NCBI RefSeq assembly: GCF_009914755.1 | Contig: NC_060925.1 | Length of the DNA: 64,000 bases | Origin: the human T2T-CHM13v2.0 reference genome, Homo sapiens | Strand: one strand, 5' to 3' | Part shown: piece after piece, positions 34,600 to 56,820 of the stretch | Layout: each line of letters opens with the position of its first letter | How positions within the stretch are numbered: the stretch's first letter is position 1 | Program-made: the position numbers and the translations under genes | The notes under the pieces: generated by a model | Databases searched by the model: none | What the model saw: only the letters and a program-made list of their open reading frames with translations | What the model was told of the DNA's origin: nothing

Positions 34600-36586
34600 G
34601 TAAGATTCTTCTAAAGACTACTGCCTATTAAAACTCTCCAAGGACATGAACTGTAAAACAACATTGTACTTATAGCATGGTAACATTATTTTCCCAGCAT
34701 TTTAACACTACCGACAATACTGTAAGATCTTTCTATGTTTCATCTGCAGAATAGTCTGAGTCTCATTTAATCATGGTGAAATCTACTAGGAAAAAAATTT
34801 AAAATATTAGTTGTCTTTCCCCTGCCCACCCCCTTTTTTTTAGTCTGGGGAGCAGATGCATTAGACACAAAAAAGGGAAAAAGATCAGGTTATGAAAATA
34901 AGACTAAAGCAATCCAACTGAAAACAAGAATAATTTGTAAAACTATTAAAAGTAAAATATTCTTTGAGTTTTTAAATCAAGATACCCTTGGAAAAGTTTG
35001 ATTTCAATTCTTTTTAAAAGAGGTGTGCTTGTCACAAGTGTTAACTACTAATTTCATGATTCTTAAGAGTTAAAGCCTTTAATGGTGAAAAGGAGTTTCT
35101 CATGTAGGATATTATCTTTGATAGTGTAGAAATGTATTTTTTTAAAAGATAATGACTGAGGCTGCAAAATAAAAAATTGAGAATCAGGAAACATGAAAAA
35201 TAACGAACTATTAAATCATTAGCAAAGGTCTGAAAAGAACAAGAAAGTGGCTCCTGAAAAGCCACACTTGAACTTTGTTGAAAGAGCAGACCCTATACTA
35301 CAATGTACAGATTGGCAGGCAGTAAAGTTAATATGTGACTGCTGTAAATAATTTGTAGTTCATGGACTACTATGGTATGTTGCTGCTTTCTAGCCTCTGA
35401 CCTGCTTGCTTTCCATGGATTAAATATACTGCAAATAAAGCAATAACAGGGATACATATCACCGATGGTGCTAGATACAAGAGTGCATTTTATTTGATCA
35501 ATGAGGCACAGGCTATTTTTATTTGGAACTTTTCTGTTATATGGAACTCATACTTGATAGAAATACTAAAAAAAAAAATCATATAAATCTGCTGAATAGC
35601 TAACACGCTTCTTCCGAACAGAGGTAGCCACTTTGGTTATTATGAGGACTGTTAATGTCAGTATCATTTTTAAGAGATCATGAAAGGAAATAATTGATGC
35701 TTATTAATTTTCTTATTACCAATCACTATTATTTCCCAAATAGCAAAATATTGTGGTAGATGCTTACTACATACAGTAAGAGACTCAGAAGATAAGTAAA
35801 TGTTGTGATTTTGCATGATGTCATTTAATTCCTTTTCAACAAAAATAATAAGGCTGCATTTCTTTACCTTAAATAATTAAACTTTCTTTTTTTTAAGTTA
35901 AGCTTTCACAATTGTAAATCACTTGTGGTACATGCTCATGCTTCCTTAGGAGTGATATGAAACAACTGAATATTCAATAAATTATCATCCAGATGAAAAA
36001 CTCTTTATAATCTTGTGCAATATTCTGTATACTTAGAATTTACAATAAATTTTTAATGTGATACTAATCCAAGATAAAAAGCTCAAAAACTTAACCTCCA
36101 GCAAGTTCAATATGTCACAAGCTATCAGAGGTCTCTAGTTTCTGTCTAATTGCCATTGGCCACTATGGACTTAGAGGGAACTGCTAACTAACTTATTAGT
36201 CATGGCCGCAGACTCCACACACCACTGTCGCAGAAGACTCTCTTGACAGCTTCTGAAATGAATTTGTTTTAATTATGTCCAATTCTACTTAAATTAAAAG
36301 CAGTAACTGGTGGTCATCTGATGTGGGCTCATCAAGTCCAGGTGAACATGATTTTCCAAGAACATGTCCCCACCCCTTTTGTTATTGCAACAAGGTGGCC
36401 AAAATGGCTTTCAGGGAGGAAGGTATCTTGTGGGAAAGTATTCACAATTTAATCCAAAATTGGGTAACTCAGTTCCACACCCCTGCAAAAGAAAACCCCA
36501 AAGCAGTTTGGGTTTCCATAAGGAACTGGCATAATAAAAGCATATACTCTTAGTAGAACGACTGATACTCTTTCTTAGCAATGTGA

Positions 36587-36896
<310 letters not shown>

Positions 36897-37134
36897 TGAA
36901 ATATTTCTATGTCTAACAAAAATTATGAACTCTCCTCCATCCACAAAAGGGTTAATATGTCCCTATGTGGCCAAAGTATTTTTTTGATGACGACACACAC
37001 TTGGAGGAAGGAATTCATAAATAAAGAGGACATGGTTTTTTGGGAAATCTTTGTGGGCTATTGTAACGAAAACAACCACACACATACCACTTCTTGTCGA
37101 TTTACATTTCTAAATATCTGAAGAATGCTAATAA

Positions 37135-37881
<747 letters not shown>

Positions 37882-39399
37882 TAACTATGTTCCTAATTAA
37901 TACATTCTTGGTGCTGAAAATATGTGTTCCTTAATTTTCTACTTTGTATGATTTACAGAGTAGACGTAATTTTATTACCTTGACTTCAGGACTGTGGCAG
38001 CTTAAATTTATGGGGCTTTGATTTTGTGTAGCTCTTAGTTTGGGGGGGCTGGCATTTAACATAAAGTATAGGAAACTCGGGCTTTTTTTTCTAAATAGTA
38101 GAATATCTGTATTCCTTTTAATTCAGATGGTTTGTGGCTTAAAACATTTCAAGTCAATGTGAAATAGCGCCTAGTAAACTATTTTTCTTGAAAATTACCA
38201 TGTAAAGAGCTATATTATAATGGTGTCATCTTGAAGGTTTCTTTTGAAGGAAAAAATGCCAACATTTAGTAGTGTTTAGACTCTAAGGAATGAAAATGAT
38301 ACCACTGGTTAGTAGTATCAAGTAGGTATTTACTACTGTTTGCCTTGACATTAGGTTGGTAAAGCCTTTGTTTTCGTAGCAGATTCCAATAGGATGTTTA
38401 CTGTCATTGGATGGGGAATGGGCAAATGGTGAGTGCTAGTTTACTTGGTTTGGGTTGTAGTTCTCATAATCTATGTCTTGTTGATTTTAGTGGACTGGTA
38501 CATTGTAAACATAGTACTTGTTTGTATAGGGATCTATGTTTAAATTAATAATTATTTTATTTCCTGAAACTTAAGTCTGAATGAATGTGAGAAAGTTATT
38601 TAGAAGTTTGGAATCTAAGAGGGGCTACCAAAACACATTTGGTAGTCAGTGGTTTCATTCCTATTTTAAAAGTGAGTCTTGAATTTGATTTCCAAGTATA
38701 TTTTGTCACAAAATCAATTTCTTCCTTTTGCTGTAACGGGGAGAGATGTGGCTGCTAAATATCTGTGACTTGTGATTACCTAGGACAGGAGATTGATTGT
38801 AAAATTTCTGAGAGAAGGAAAATGCAAAGCCGACTTTTAATTTTAAGAGTTACTGTTAAAAATCGTCTGTGTAAGTAGATGGTCTGGGGAATGTGGAAGC
38901 CACATGCAAATGGAAAATAATGCTTTCATAGCAGTCTACATTAAGCACTGTTCTTTGTACATGGAAGCAAAAAAGTTACCTGAACAGACCTAAATAAGTT
39001 GATAAAATTCCATCAGCACGCTGTTAAGACTGTGGACACATCCAGCTCTTTATTTCCACGTCCTTTATTGCTACGCTTAAAAATGGCTGAAGGATATCTC
39101 AGGCTGCAAAGGGCAAGCAGAATGCACTGCGTTAGCACAATTAGGCCAGATATTTTCCGAGTATGTGTTAGGGTTTGTAACCACTCTATGATAATCAGAA
39201 CATTTTTCATGAAAAAACAAACCATGCAAACACTTTCCTGATATTCTTACATTCAAAACTGTGTCCTTAATCAAACAGGTAAAGTATTTGAAAATGAAAA
39301 TTAAAATGATAATTTTAGATACTGTCGAAAGGTTAGGTAATGTAAAAATGAGGAAAACACAGACTTTTTACAATCAAATGAACTGCTTAATAATTATGT

Positions 39400-39948
<549 letters not shown>

Positions 39949-40847
39949 TTATGAAAAATGTGCAGAATCTACATAATTTTTATATTTAGGATCAAAACAA
40001 TGCAATTATAGTCTCTTAGTTTAACATTGGCAAAAACTATTACATGTGTTATAGAGTAGTATGATTTTGTTATAATTAACAGTTATTAATCAGTACTAAT
40101 TAAGGACCTAAAATTGGCCAAGGGGTAAGTTGGGTATAAGGTAAAAACAACGTTGAATAAAACAACATGTTTCCTCTCAGAGTTTATAATAAGACAGTTT
40201 CATAAATAATTATTTTAAAAAATAAAGACAGCCGCAGAGAATAAAAATATATTTTACAAATCAACAAGGAAAGAAATAATGCATATTATTTTCATGTAAA
40301 AAAGGAAACATGAAGTAAATACAGCTAGCGGCTGTAAGGCATTAAGAAGGCTGGGAAAACTTTTTCCACTATTCCTCTCTTTTCCCTCCTCTGTGGATAA
40401 ATTTTACAGTGACTTCTTTATATAGCATGAGGTTAAATATTTGGCTAAAACATAAATATCTTTGAGAATGGGGCATATAAAAGCATTTTTCAATCAATTA
40501 CGGTGTTGTTTAATGCATTTATCAGTCTTTCATAGAATACGAAAAAAGGAAAAGGGAAAAAAGTACAAACGTGAGGGTCGTCTACAAGGGGTGGGAGATG
40601 TTCCCAGAAGAGAAAGATAATTTTGACCCACTTCACAGTTTGCCTTGGGCTTACTTTGACCAGGAGGGATTCAAGTATTTTTTGGTGAACAAAGAGTAGA
40701 ATTCAGAAAAACTTAAGGATAGTTTCAGTAGAGAGTTGGGAGGTGACTATTGACATTTGGAAGAATTCCTTTTCCTTTCGTTTATAAATTTACTTTGTCA
40801 GAAAGCAAACCAACTCATTTGAAGCCAGGATTGAGACATCTCTAGGG

Positions 40848-41157
40848 CTGTGGCTTTCAATTTTTTTAATCATGACCCACAGTAGGAAATGTATTTTATG
40901 GCAGGACATAGTGTACCAAACACATCACACGGGCGCACACACACAGAGATGCACAAACATACAAACACATACACACAACTAAACCAAAGTTTCACCAGAT
41001 AGTACATAACCTACAAGCCACGCACTCTGATATTTTCTATCTATTCTACTTTAGTCTAATTTATTTCATGTTTTTAAAAAAATTCTGGTCACGACTCACT
41101 AAATTGATTTCACGGCCCATTAATGAGGCATGACCTGCAATTCAGGAAAACTTGCTG
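40848..41157. mobile_element. Non-autonomous hAT-Charlie DNA transposon (MER family, exact name uncertain)
   Basis: Degenerate terminal inverted repeats (ctgtggctttcaa / gaaaacttgctg); repeated gaccca words; Charlie-type 8-bp TSD CTCTAGGG (40840-40847) / CTCTAGAG (41158-41165). Confidence 0.75.
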
Positions 41158-41364
41158 CTCTAGAGGAGGTTTTATCGGCCATCCATTGGCGTTGCCTACC
41201 TGCTACAATTAAGGATAATAACTCCGGAAAAAGGTCTCTTCCTCCTGGCGTGGCCTATAAGACATCTTTGAAACCCACAGCCTGAGTCCCCACCCTATCT
41301 TTCTGTAAAGGTTGTAATTTTAAAATATCATTTGGGAAGATAAATGCTCTTTTTTATTCAATTT

Positions 41365-41954
<590 letters not shown>

Positions 41955-42577
41955 TACCTCTTGCTCACTCTCTCAGGACAAATTACACTCTCTACCACAT
42001 AGGAAAAAAAGAGAATTTCATTTGTTTACTAGTTAAGGGAACAGAAGGGCCAGGAAATTTGGTAGGTTGTTTTGTTTTTCTATACATCTACAAGGTGCAA
42101 AAAAAGGTATTCTGGTTTTCATTCAAAAGATTGGAATGAAAAAGAAGAAGTTACAACTCCCCAACTCTCATAGAAACCGTGGAATTTCAGAGCTGGAAGA
42201 TGAAAGGGAAAAGGGCTAGAGGACACATATAAGCGAGCTGCTTTGTTTTTTTAACACACTTGTAAAGGACAATTCTGGTCTTCATCCAAAATAATGGCTT
42301 GAGAAAGATGAAATTAATACTCTGAAACTTGTAGCTTTTGCAACAACAGATGTGCATCAAAAGATACTCATTGCCTAGAAATCACAAGGTTTTTCAGAGC
42401 TAGAAGAGATCACTGAGATCATTTGACCCTACCTCTTTTTACATATGAAGAAACTGAGGCAGAAGGGAATGTAATCTGCCCAAGATTATCCAGCTACTGA
42501 ATGGCAGAACTGGGACTGGTAGATTCAGGTTCAAAGAAGCAGTCCTCTTGTACGCATTCCCTCATCCCCCCCAGCAT

Positions 42578-42579
42578 GC

Positions 42580-42626
<47 letters not shown>
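42578..42626. repeat. (CA)n microsatellite
   Basis: About 20 consecutive CA units. Confidence 0.95.
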
Positions 42627-42628
<2 letters not shown>

Positions 42629-43079
42629 GAGGCAGTGTAATCTTTGACTCCAAAGAAAACAGTCCTTTGCCAGTGAAGCTAAAGCAAATCTCTAGGTTAT
42701 CAGAAGCCCATCACTACCATCCAATTACCAAATCACTAATAATCAGTGAGACAGATTTTCCCTGAGTCCAGATGACCCCGTGGGAGTGAATGAGTCACTT
42801 TAAAAAGCTACAATAATTCTTTCAGGCCACTGGGGTATCATTCAGTACAGTGGATTCAGCACTTCTGGGCCTTGAGTTTCTGAAGCATTCTCTAGTGCCC
42901 TACCCTCTGCGGATAGTTTACTCTCCAGGTGAATCTGGTTCAGTGACGGCATATGGGCTGTGCTCTGCCGTTAAAGCGGCCAAACACGATTATATCCTGT
43001 GCTCTACTAGAAGCTGGGCATGTTCAGTATGGGTTTCTTGTTACGTATGCTTGTCGAGATAGCAGAAAAAGAATGCAGG

Positions 43080-43179
43080 GAGCTCACTTTGGCAGCATAT
43101 ACAATAAAATTGGAAAGATACAGAGATTAGCATGACCCCCTGCACAAAGATGACACAGGCATTCATGAAACTGTCCATA
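43080..43179 (+). pseudogene. U6 snRNA processed pseudogene in NR5A2 intron 5
   Basis: GaGCTCaCTTtGGCAGCATATACaaTAAAATTGGAAaGATACAGAG...ATTAGCATG...TCCATA followed by a short A tail; degenerate TSD AAAAAGAATGCAGG / AAAGAGAACACAGG. Confidence 0.92.
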
Positions 43180-43871
43180 AAAAAGAGAACACAGGATGGT
43201 AACCGGGTGATAGGTGAGCCACTAATAAAATTTTCTGATCTTTAAACCAAATCTGTTGAGTGACCTATGCTCTTGACTGTTTCCTTGTGTTTTTAGAAAT
43301 TAAGAGCTAATTCGAGACTTTTGTATTCTGCTGAAAGAGCTGTCCTTGTGAGTCAAGAAGATTGGCTTTTTTTTTCAGTTATTTTTTTTTTCACCTGTGT
43401 CTTGAATATCTCACAAACACAAGAGCAGTGAGAAAATAATTCCCACTTTGTTAAACAACTAATGAATCTGGAGGATCTATTTGATCTTCTAATGAGACCA
43501 GATGTCTTAAGAGAATTCTGGGAATGGATATATAAGAACTTCCCCTCGGTGAATGATTCTGATACATGTACGTATTAAAAAAAATCTAAATTAATCCTGA
43601 CTGAAACTCCCAACTAGCATTTCTGTGGAAAATAGGTCTCAGAGACTCAGGGAGTTTGTGCCAAAGGAATTTAGCCATGCTGAAGTTGGTTTTTAAGTAT
43701 AGCTTTATCTAAAGCGAGGGCACAAGGGGAGGAGCAAACCTTCTTTTTTCTCTAGCCAATTATGGAAGCTATCTGAGCAGCATTATTTATCTATTTTTAA
43801 CATTCTAGATCCTTTTTCCTAAATCACAGTTACCTTTCCCAATGCAGGCCTATAATCTCAGACTTTATTGA

Positions 43872-44507
<636 letters not shown>

Positions 44508-45919
44508 AGCCCTACTTTTCTATGGGAGAGAAAGAGAAACTGAGAGAGAGGATCCTGCTCGGTGTCTACCACATTTACTTGCCATATGGCTGTTCTTTGC
44601 CTTCTCCTGAGAGTTGGGGTCAGGAATCATGGGTCCAACACGAGCACTCCTCATTGCCATGTGATGTCACAGAGCAATAGCCACTTTACTTACCTTTGTT
44701 TTCACTTCTCTGGATGCAAAGTAGCTAATCTGGGAAGCACAAGGATGACACAAAGAAAATAAACATTAAAGTTTGTTTTCCAGTCAAATTTTTCAATGAA
44801 TGAAAATTTTCCAATCAAAATTTGATCTCAAGGCACATTAAGCCATCTATTGCCAGTTCTCATACTCATCACAAAGTTGCCAGAATGAAATAAATCGAAC
44901 CTGCATAGGTTTACAAGGAAATGATAAAACTGGTTTTTCTTCCGCTGAAGGTAGATATGAAAGTGTTCTGTCTTTGTGAATTTGGAGAGAATGTTGGAAT
45001 CAGCAGGTTTGATTCATGGTCTCTAAGGTCTCTTCAGGTGTTAAGCATCTGCTTTTATATCTTTTTCCAAGCAGACCTGAAACAGAAGGCTTTGGTGTGG
45101 CTGATAGTGTTGGATGAGAATTTATGTTATTTCAGCCTTTCTTGCTTACATACGTATATTGCATGTGTCTATTGTAGACTCAGAAAGCCATTATCTTTCT
45201 TCTTGCTTTCTTCTGAGCTTTCTTCTTGCTCACAATTCACTGAAAGAATCAGCTCTTCTCAGTCAATGCCTGTTTGTGCTATGGCCAACTCACTGTGGGG
45301 CAGTGGAACATGCCCACTTACTGTGGGGATGTGTATTGTTCTTTACTGGGATATCTTGAAAGTACACCAGTCACCTCAAAACTCCCATGCATTAGTTACT
45401 TCTACTAAGGTAAAATTTACTCTCCCTAAAATTTACTGTTTTTAATGTACAAATGATAAAACAGCTCTTTCACACTTTAAAATTCTCTTGTGTCCCTTTG
45501 TAATAAACTCCTCTCCCCACCCCAGTCCCTGCCAATCCTGATCTGTTTTTGTCCTTAGAGTTTTTTTTGTTACTTTTAAAAAGAAGTAAATTTGCTTTAT
45601 TCGTTGAGTATACATTTACAAACTGCAAACTCAGTTTAAGCTCCCTGAAACTTATGGTTTCAGCGTAGTTGAGCACTAATAGTTTCCATGGAAACATATC
45701 CTCCATGGGGCGCTGGGATATTTGGTAAGAGAGTAGTGATGATCATAACTTCACACTGGGTCTGCTTGTTCACATGTCTTATGAGCGTCCTGTTCGTATT
45801 AACCTGTATGTTATCTACTGGAACCATGGGGAGAACATGAGAATAGCGAGGCACACCCAAGAAATCCATGTTTAACTAGCTTGGCCATCGTCAGGTGTCT
45901 GAATCTGAACAGTGAGAGT

Positions 45920-50923
<5,004 letters not shown>

Positions 50924-51242
50924 ATTACTTCATTTAAATTAAAAACATATTTTTATGGGAATGACCCATGGTAGACACTGGATACATGTTGAATTAACGT
51001 GCTCAAGACATAAAGGACGGATACAGATTTCTCAATGGTAAAGGCAATATGTAGACATCTTTGCTTTACTTTTAAGCAACATTCCATAGATATTGTCAAT
51101 AACCTGAAAATTCCCAGAATAATGTTTTAAATGACTTCTTAATTAGCGTTCCTTATTTTCATACAGGCACACTCATATTCATTTGCTAAAAACAATTATC
51201 TGCATGCACAAGTTCAGGGTCCCAAATAATTCTCCCTGGCAG

Positions 51243-51247
<5 letters not shown>

Positions 51248-51277
<30 letters not shown>
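51248..51277. repeat. (TG)n microsatellite
   Basis: About 15 TG units. Confidence 0.95.
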
Positions 51278-51279
<2 letters not shown>

Positions 51280-52046
51280 CTGTGTCCATGTGTGTATCGC
51301 AGTGTTTTGAGTGCATATCCTGTTTTCACACACATTCTCTGAAATGTTGGCTCATTCTAAGGGCTGTTGTTTCATTTCGATCACTGTATCCTGTGGACTC
51401 TGAAACTGCTACAAATGCTTCTTCACCACACATCTTATCAGCACAGTTGTGTGCCTTTTTGATCTAAAGTTGTGATGAATAAGAGGCTTTACTTGTTGCC
51501 TAATTTTTAAAAAACTTACCAAATATTACATTTCCCCTTATAAAATAATGATATAGATTAGTGTTTGTGCAGAAGTGTTGGCAACAGAATTCTTCAAAAG
51601 TTTTCCGTTGAGTGATGAAAAGCTGTTATATTATTTTGACTAGCTAATCAAATGTAATTGGGGAGCTTGAAGTGCCTTAGATTTTCCTTGTACAGTTATC
51701 AAAGCAGGAAATGTAACTCGCAGAGCTGATGAAAGCCATCTCTCATGGTATTCTTTCAATTATAGATCTTACAGAGCAAATGAAAGAAAAGCTCTACTGC
51801 TAAAAACTCAGAGGCTTGAAATGCCCCTTAATGTTAACTGCTGTATTAGCTAGTTAACACATTATTATGTACTTTAATTGATTCTTACTCCAGCTTTGGA
51901 GAAAAAAATTATGGATCTGTTTGGCATGTAAATTAAGGTGGGGGGAAGACACCTGAGTGCAATAACAGCACTATTGCTATTAACACTTAGTTCAAGTAAC
52001 ATCAGATACCTGCAGTGTAAACAATGGCCCTGGTTCACTTTGGCGT

Positions 52047-54461
52047 GTTTTTTTTTTTTTGAGATGGAGTCTCATTCTGTCACCCAGGCTGGAGTGCAGT
52101 GTCGCGATTTCGGCTCACTGCAACCCCTGCCTCCCAGGTTCAAGCAATTCTCCTGCCTCAGCCTCCTAAGTAGCTGGGATTACAGGCGCATGCCACCACA
52201 CCCAGCTAATTTTTGTTTTTTTTTAGTGGAGACAGTGTTTCACCATGTTGGTCAGGCTGGTCTCGAGCTCCTGACCTCATGATCCACCTCCCTCGGCCTC
52301 GCAAAGTGCTGGGATTACAGATGTGAGCCACCGCACCCGGCCTAATTTTTGTACTTTTAGTAGAGACGGGGTTTCACCATGTTGGTCAGGCTGGTCTCGA
52401 ACTCCTGACCTCGTGATCCACCCACCTTGGCCTCCCAAAGTGCTGTAATTACAGGTGTGAGCCACCCCGCCCGGCCTAAAAGCATTACTATGTTGCACTC
52501 ATCTGTTGGTATTCCTGCTGATGAGTGTTATTGAAGGAGTTTTATTTGACCATTGAGAATTGCTTTTATGAGTTTATCAATGAAGTGTTATAATCTAGTA
52601 AAAATAACTTCATTTCAGTCATATTTGGAAGGGTCCAGCTGAGATTTTTAGCTTTTGAAAGGATCAAACCACATTACACCTGCATTTTACTGGGGTGTAG
52701 TATTTTTCTTTGTTGTTGAATCACACTCTTAAAGCTGCCCCTAAAACATTTCAGCCATAAATGGGTAGTCCTGACCTAGGATCAGGCCAAATTCAAATTT
52801 TATTCACATATTCATTTATTCACTCACACATTCATCAAACATTTATCAAGTTTGTACTGTGTGTCAATCCCTATGCTAAATTGCTGGAGACATGACAGAA
52901 GCAAGTGCTGTAATCCCAGCACTTTGGGAGGCTGAGGCAGGAGGATCACCTGAGTTCAGGAGTTCAAGACCAGCCTGGCCAACATGGCAAAACCCCGTCT
53001 CTACTAAAAATACAAAAAGTAGCTGGGTATGGTGGCTTATGCCTGTAATCCCAGCAACTCAGGAGTCTGAGGCAGGAGAATTGCTTGAACCTGGGAGGTG
53101 GAGGTTACAGTGAGCCAAGATTGCACCATCGCGCTCCAGCCTGGGCGACAGAGCGAGACTCCATCTCAAAAAAAAAAAAAAAGGACGAGAGCCGTCTTCA
53201 CTTTACAAGTTAAGTCTTCATGGCAGTTTTCTCAATTAAAGTAGAACCCCTCCTGACATTGATGCGGCACTAAACACAATGGCAAACTCTGACCCTGAAA
53301 TCTTGTGCAAGTACTTGGTTATGACAGCACACTAATAACCCCAGCCCTGTTTACACCAATGTTTAAGATTATGTTTGAACTGGAAAGGACAACTTAATTC
53401 CCATAGACAACAAGGTGAGAGTAAGGGAGGGTTCAGGGCGGCATCACTAGGAGAGAACAGCTCGTGTAAAAATACAGAGGCTTTGGCATAGCACTTCTTG
53501 GAAACTTCAAGTAATTCCTATGGCTGGAAGGACAAGGATAGGGAAGGGGCAAGGGGTAAAGCTGGACAGGTGAGCAGCTCATTTATACATACGGTTCTAA
53601 TATGGATTTTATTCAAAGCAAAGGGGAGCCACTGGAAAAACTTAAGCATCGGGGGCCAGAAGGATTGAAAATGTACCAGGGACATATGCCCACCACATAA
53701 TGTCATGATTTCGGTCCTGGTATAGGATTTTCCTTAATTGCCAGCATTTAGCTTAAAGTGCATTTAAATATTGTTTTGTTTTTAATTTACTATCTAAACT
53801 TGTACTAAAGGAGTTGGTATCTTTTATGTCCTTAGTTATTTTTGTTATTGTCTCCAACAGACCTTTTTCCTCTAGGTAAATTTTGGTTATTGATGACATG
53901 TATGTATTTGAGGTCCTGGTCCTTGTTTCATATTTAATTTAAAGAAATGTAATGTTTTAAAAATTATTTATTTATTTATTTATTGTAGATATGGGGCCTA
54001 GCTATGTTGCCCAGGCTGGTCTCAAACTCCTAGGCTCAAGCAATTCTTCTGCCTCAGCCTCCCGAAGTGTTGGGGTTACAGGCTTGATCCACCATGCCCA
54101 GCCTTCAGATTTCTTCAGTATAACATTCTTTTTGACCAGAAAGTTTTCTTTTTCTTTTTTAGTTTTAATTTTTTTATTGTTTTGAGACAGAGTCTCACTC
54201 TGTCACACAGGCTGGAGTGCAGTGGTGTGATCTTGGCTCACTGCAACCTCTGCCTGGGTTCAAGTGATTCTCTAGCCTCAGCTTCCTGAGAAGCTGGCAC
54301 TACAGGTGTGCACCACCACATGCAGTTAACTTTTGTATTTTTAGGAGAGACAGGGTTTCACCATGTTAGCCAGGCTGGTCTCTAACTCCTGACCTCAGGT
54401 GATCCACCACCTCGGCCTCCCAAAATGTTGGGATTACAGGCGTGAGCCACCATGCCCAGCC
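52047..54461. mobile_element. Alus 52047-52476(-, extra left arm), 52907-53182(+, 5' truncated), FLAM 53960-54103(-), 54145-54461(-), with L2 remnants (~52800-52900, ~53410-53650)
   Basis: Alu motifs; L2 tail-like cattcatttattcactca...caaacattt. Confidence 0.85.
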
Positions 54462-54649
54462 AAGTTTTTCTTTTTAACCTTGAACTGATTTATTGCTGAT
54501 TATTTCATAGTTATTATTTTAATGACACCAAATCATCCTTCCAGTATATGCACACATCGAGGGGGCAGTCTAGCCCAGTGTGCCTAAAGTGATTCCACAC
54601 TAGCTTTTTAAAATTACATATTCCCAAATTCTACCCCAGACCTGATGAA

Positions 54650-55365
54650 TTGCTCATCCATTCATATATTTATTAATTCAACATACATTAATTAAGTATC
54701 CAGTATGTGTCAAGCCCTGTTCTAGAAGTGGGAAGAAACAAGTGAGGAGGAAGGGAGCAGTTAGAGGGGTTCAGAGAAGACCAATGTGAAGAGCTGACAT
54801 TTCAGCTGAAATCCAAATAACAAGAAAGAAAACAGCCTTGATAAATCTGGACACACAGCACTACAGGCACAGGAATAGCATATGCAAAAATCCTGAGGTA
54901 GAAGCTAGCTTAATATTTTCAAGAAAATAAAGGAAGGTCACTACCTAAAAATCAATGATTGTGGGGGAAATAGGGCTCTTGAAAATGTCAAAAAGTTTGA
55001 CAAGGTCCAGCTCCTGGAGGGCTTGGATTTTATTGTTTGGAATAGGAAGCCATAGGAGGATTTTAAGCAATGGAGTGATTTCATCGAATTCTCAGTAGAA
55101 AAACTATTGCACTGGCTGCAGATGGGAAAAAAGTTGAAGGGAAGCAAGAGAGTATACAGGAGGTCCATCACCCCAGGGGAGAGATGGAGAGATGGTGGCT
55201 TAGATCAGGGCAGGAGAATGGAGATGGGGGAGAAGTTGATGGACCCAGGATACATGTTGAGGTAAAGCTGATAGAATTTGCCAAAAAGACTTTGAGAGAA
55301 GATGAGGCAGGCAGGACTCAGGTTTTTGGCTTAAGCCTTTGGGAGCCATTTGTGGAGAAGGGGAA
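54650..55365 (-). mobile_element. L2 (LINE2) 3' fragment
   Basis: cattcatatatttattaattcaac...tatgtgtcaagccctgttctag; gaatagcatatgcaaaaatcctgagg; gaagccataggaggattttaagca are typical of reverse-strand L2. Confidence 0.8.
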
Positions 55366-55607
55366 CCAGACCATCTAGGGGAAAATCCTGCACATGTTCT
55401 AAAACTTCCCTAAACAGATAGAGCCAGGTGCCAGAGCCAGTTCTCAGATGTCACCTTTGGGAACTATTCATTTATTCTAATCCTTATTTTTATTCAAGAA
55501 GGCACAGCTCGACCACTCCACGCAGATATAAATTCAAGCTCTTCCCAAAGATTTCTCAGGGGTGGGGATCCTCTATACATTCCCTGCCATCTATTTAATT
55601 AATTATC

Positions 55608-55896
55608 TTTTTTTTTTTTTTTTTGAGAGGGAGTCTCACTCTGTCACCCAGGCTGGGGTGCAATGGCACGATCTCGGCTCACAGCAACCTCTGCCTCCTG
55701 GGGTCAAGTGATCCTCCTGCCCCAGTCTCCTGAGTAGCAGGAATTACAGGTGCCCACCACCATGCCCAGCTAATTTTTGTATTTTTAGTAGAGACAGGGT
55801 TTCACCATGTTGGTCAGGGTGATCTCGAACTTCTGACCTCCAGTGATCTGCCCACCTCGGCCTCGGGATTACAGGCGTGAGCCCCCATGCCTGGCC
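55608..55896 (-). mobile_element. AluS
   Basis: TSD cctgccatctattt. Confidence 0.93.
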
Positions 55897-56159
55897 CCTG
55901 CCATCTATTTTAAAGTTTGGCAGTAGTCAAGACATTCTTTTATGTACAACTTAAATCCTTCCTTCTGCATCACGTGTCATTCCCTGTGGACCTGTCAATA
56001 GAGATGGAACACGTGGCTACCCCTTGCTTCATCATAACCCTTTACATGATGACTTGCTGAATTGCAGCTATGTGAAAACCTAAAAAATTTAGACATTAGG
56101 GAATCTAAATTTATTTCAGTAATTAAGACAGAGGGGTATAACTAAGACTGATCACCTAT

Positions 56160-56820
<661 letters not shown>

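Noticed and set aside
44921-45445. 174-aa ORF, and the similar 172-aa ORF at 56954-57472
   Set aside because: T-rich intronic frames (F/L/S/C bias) with no domain or splice support.
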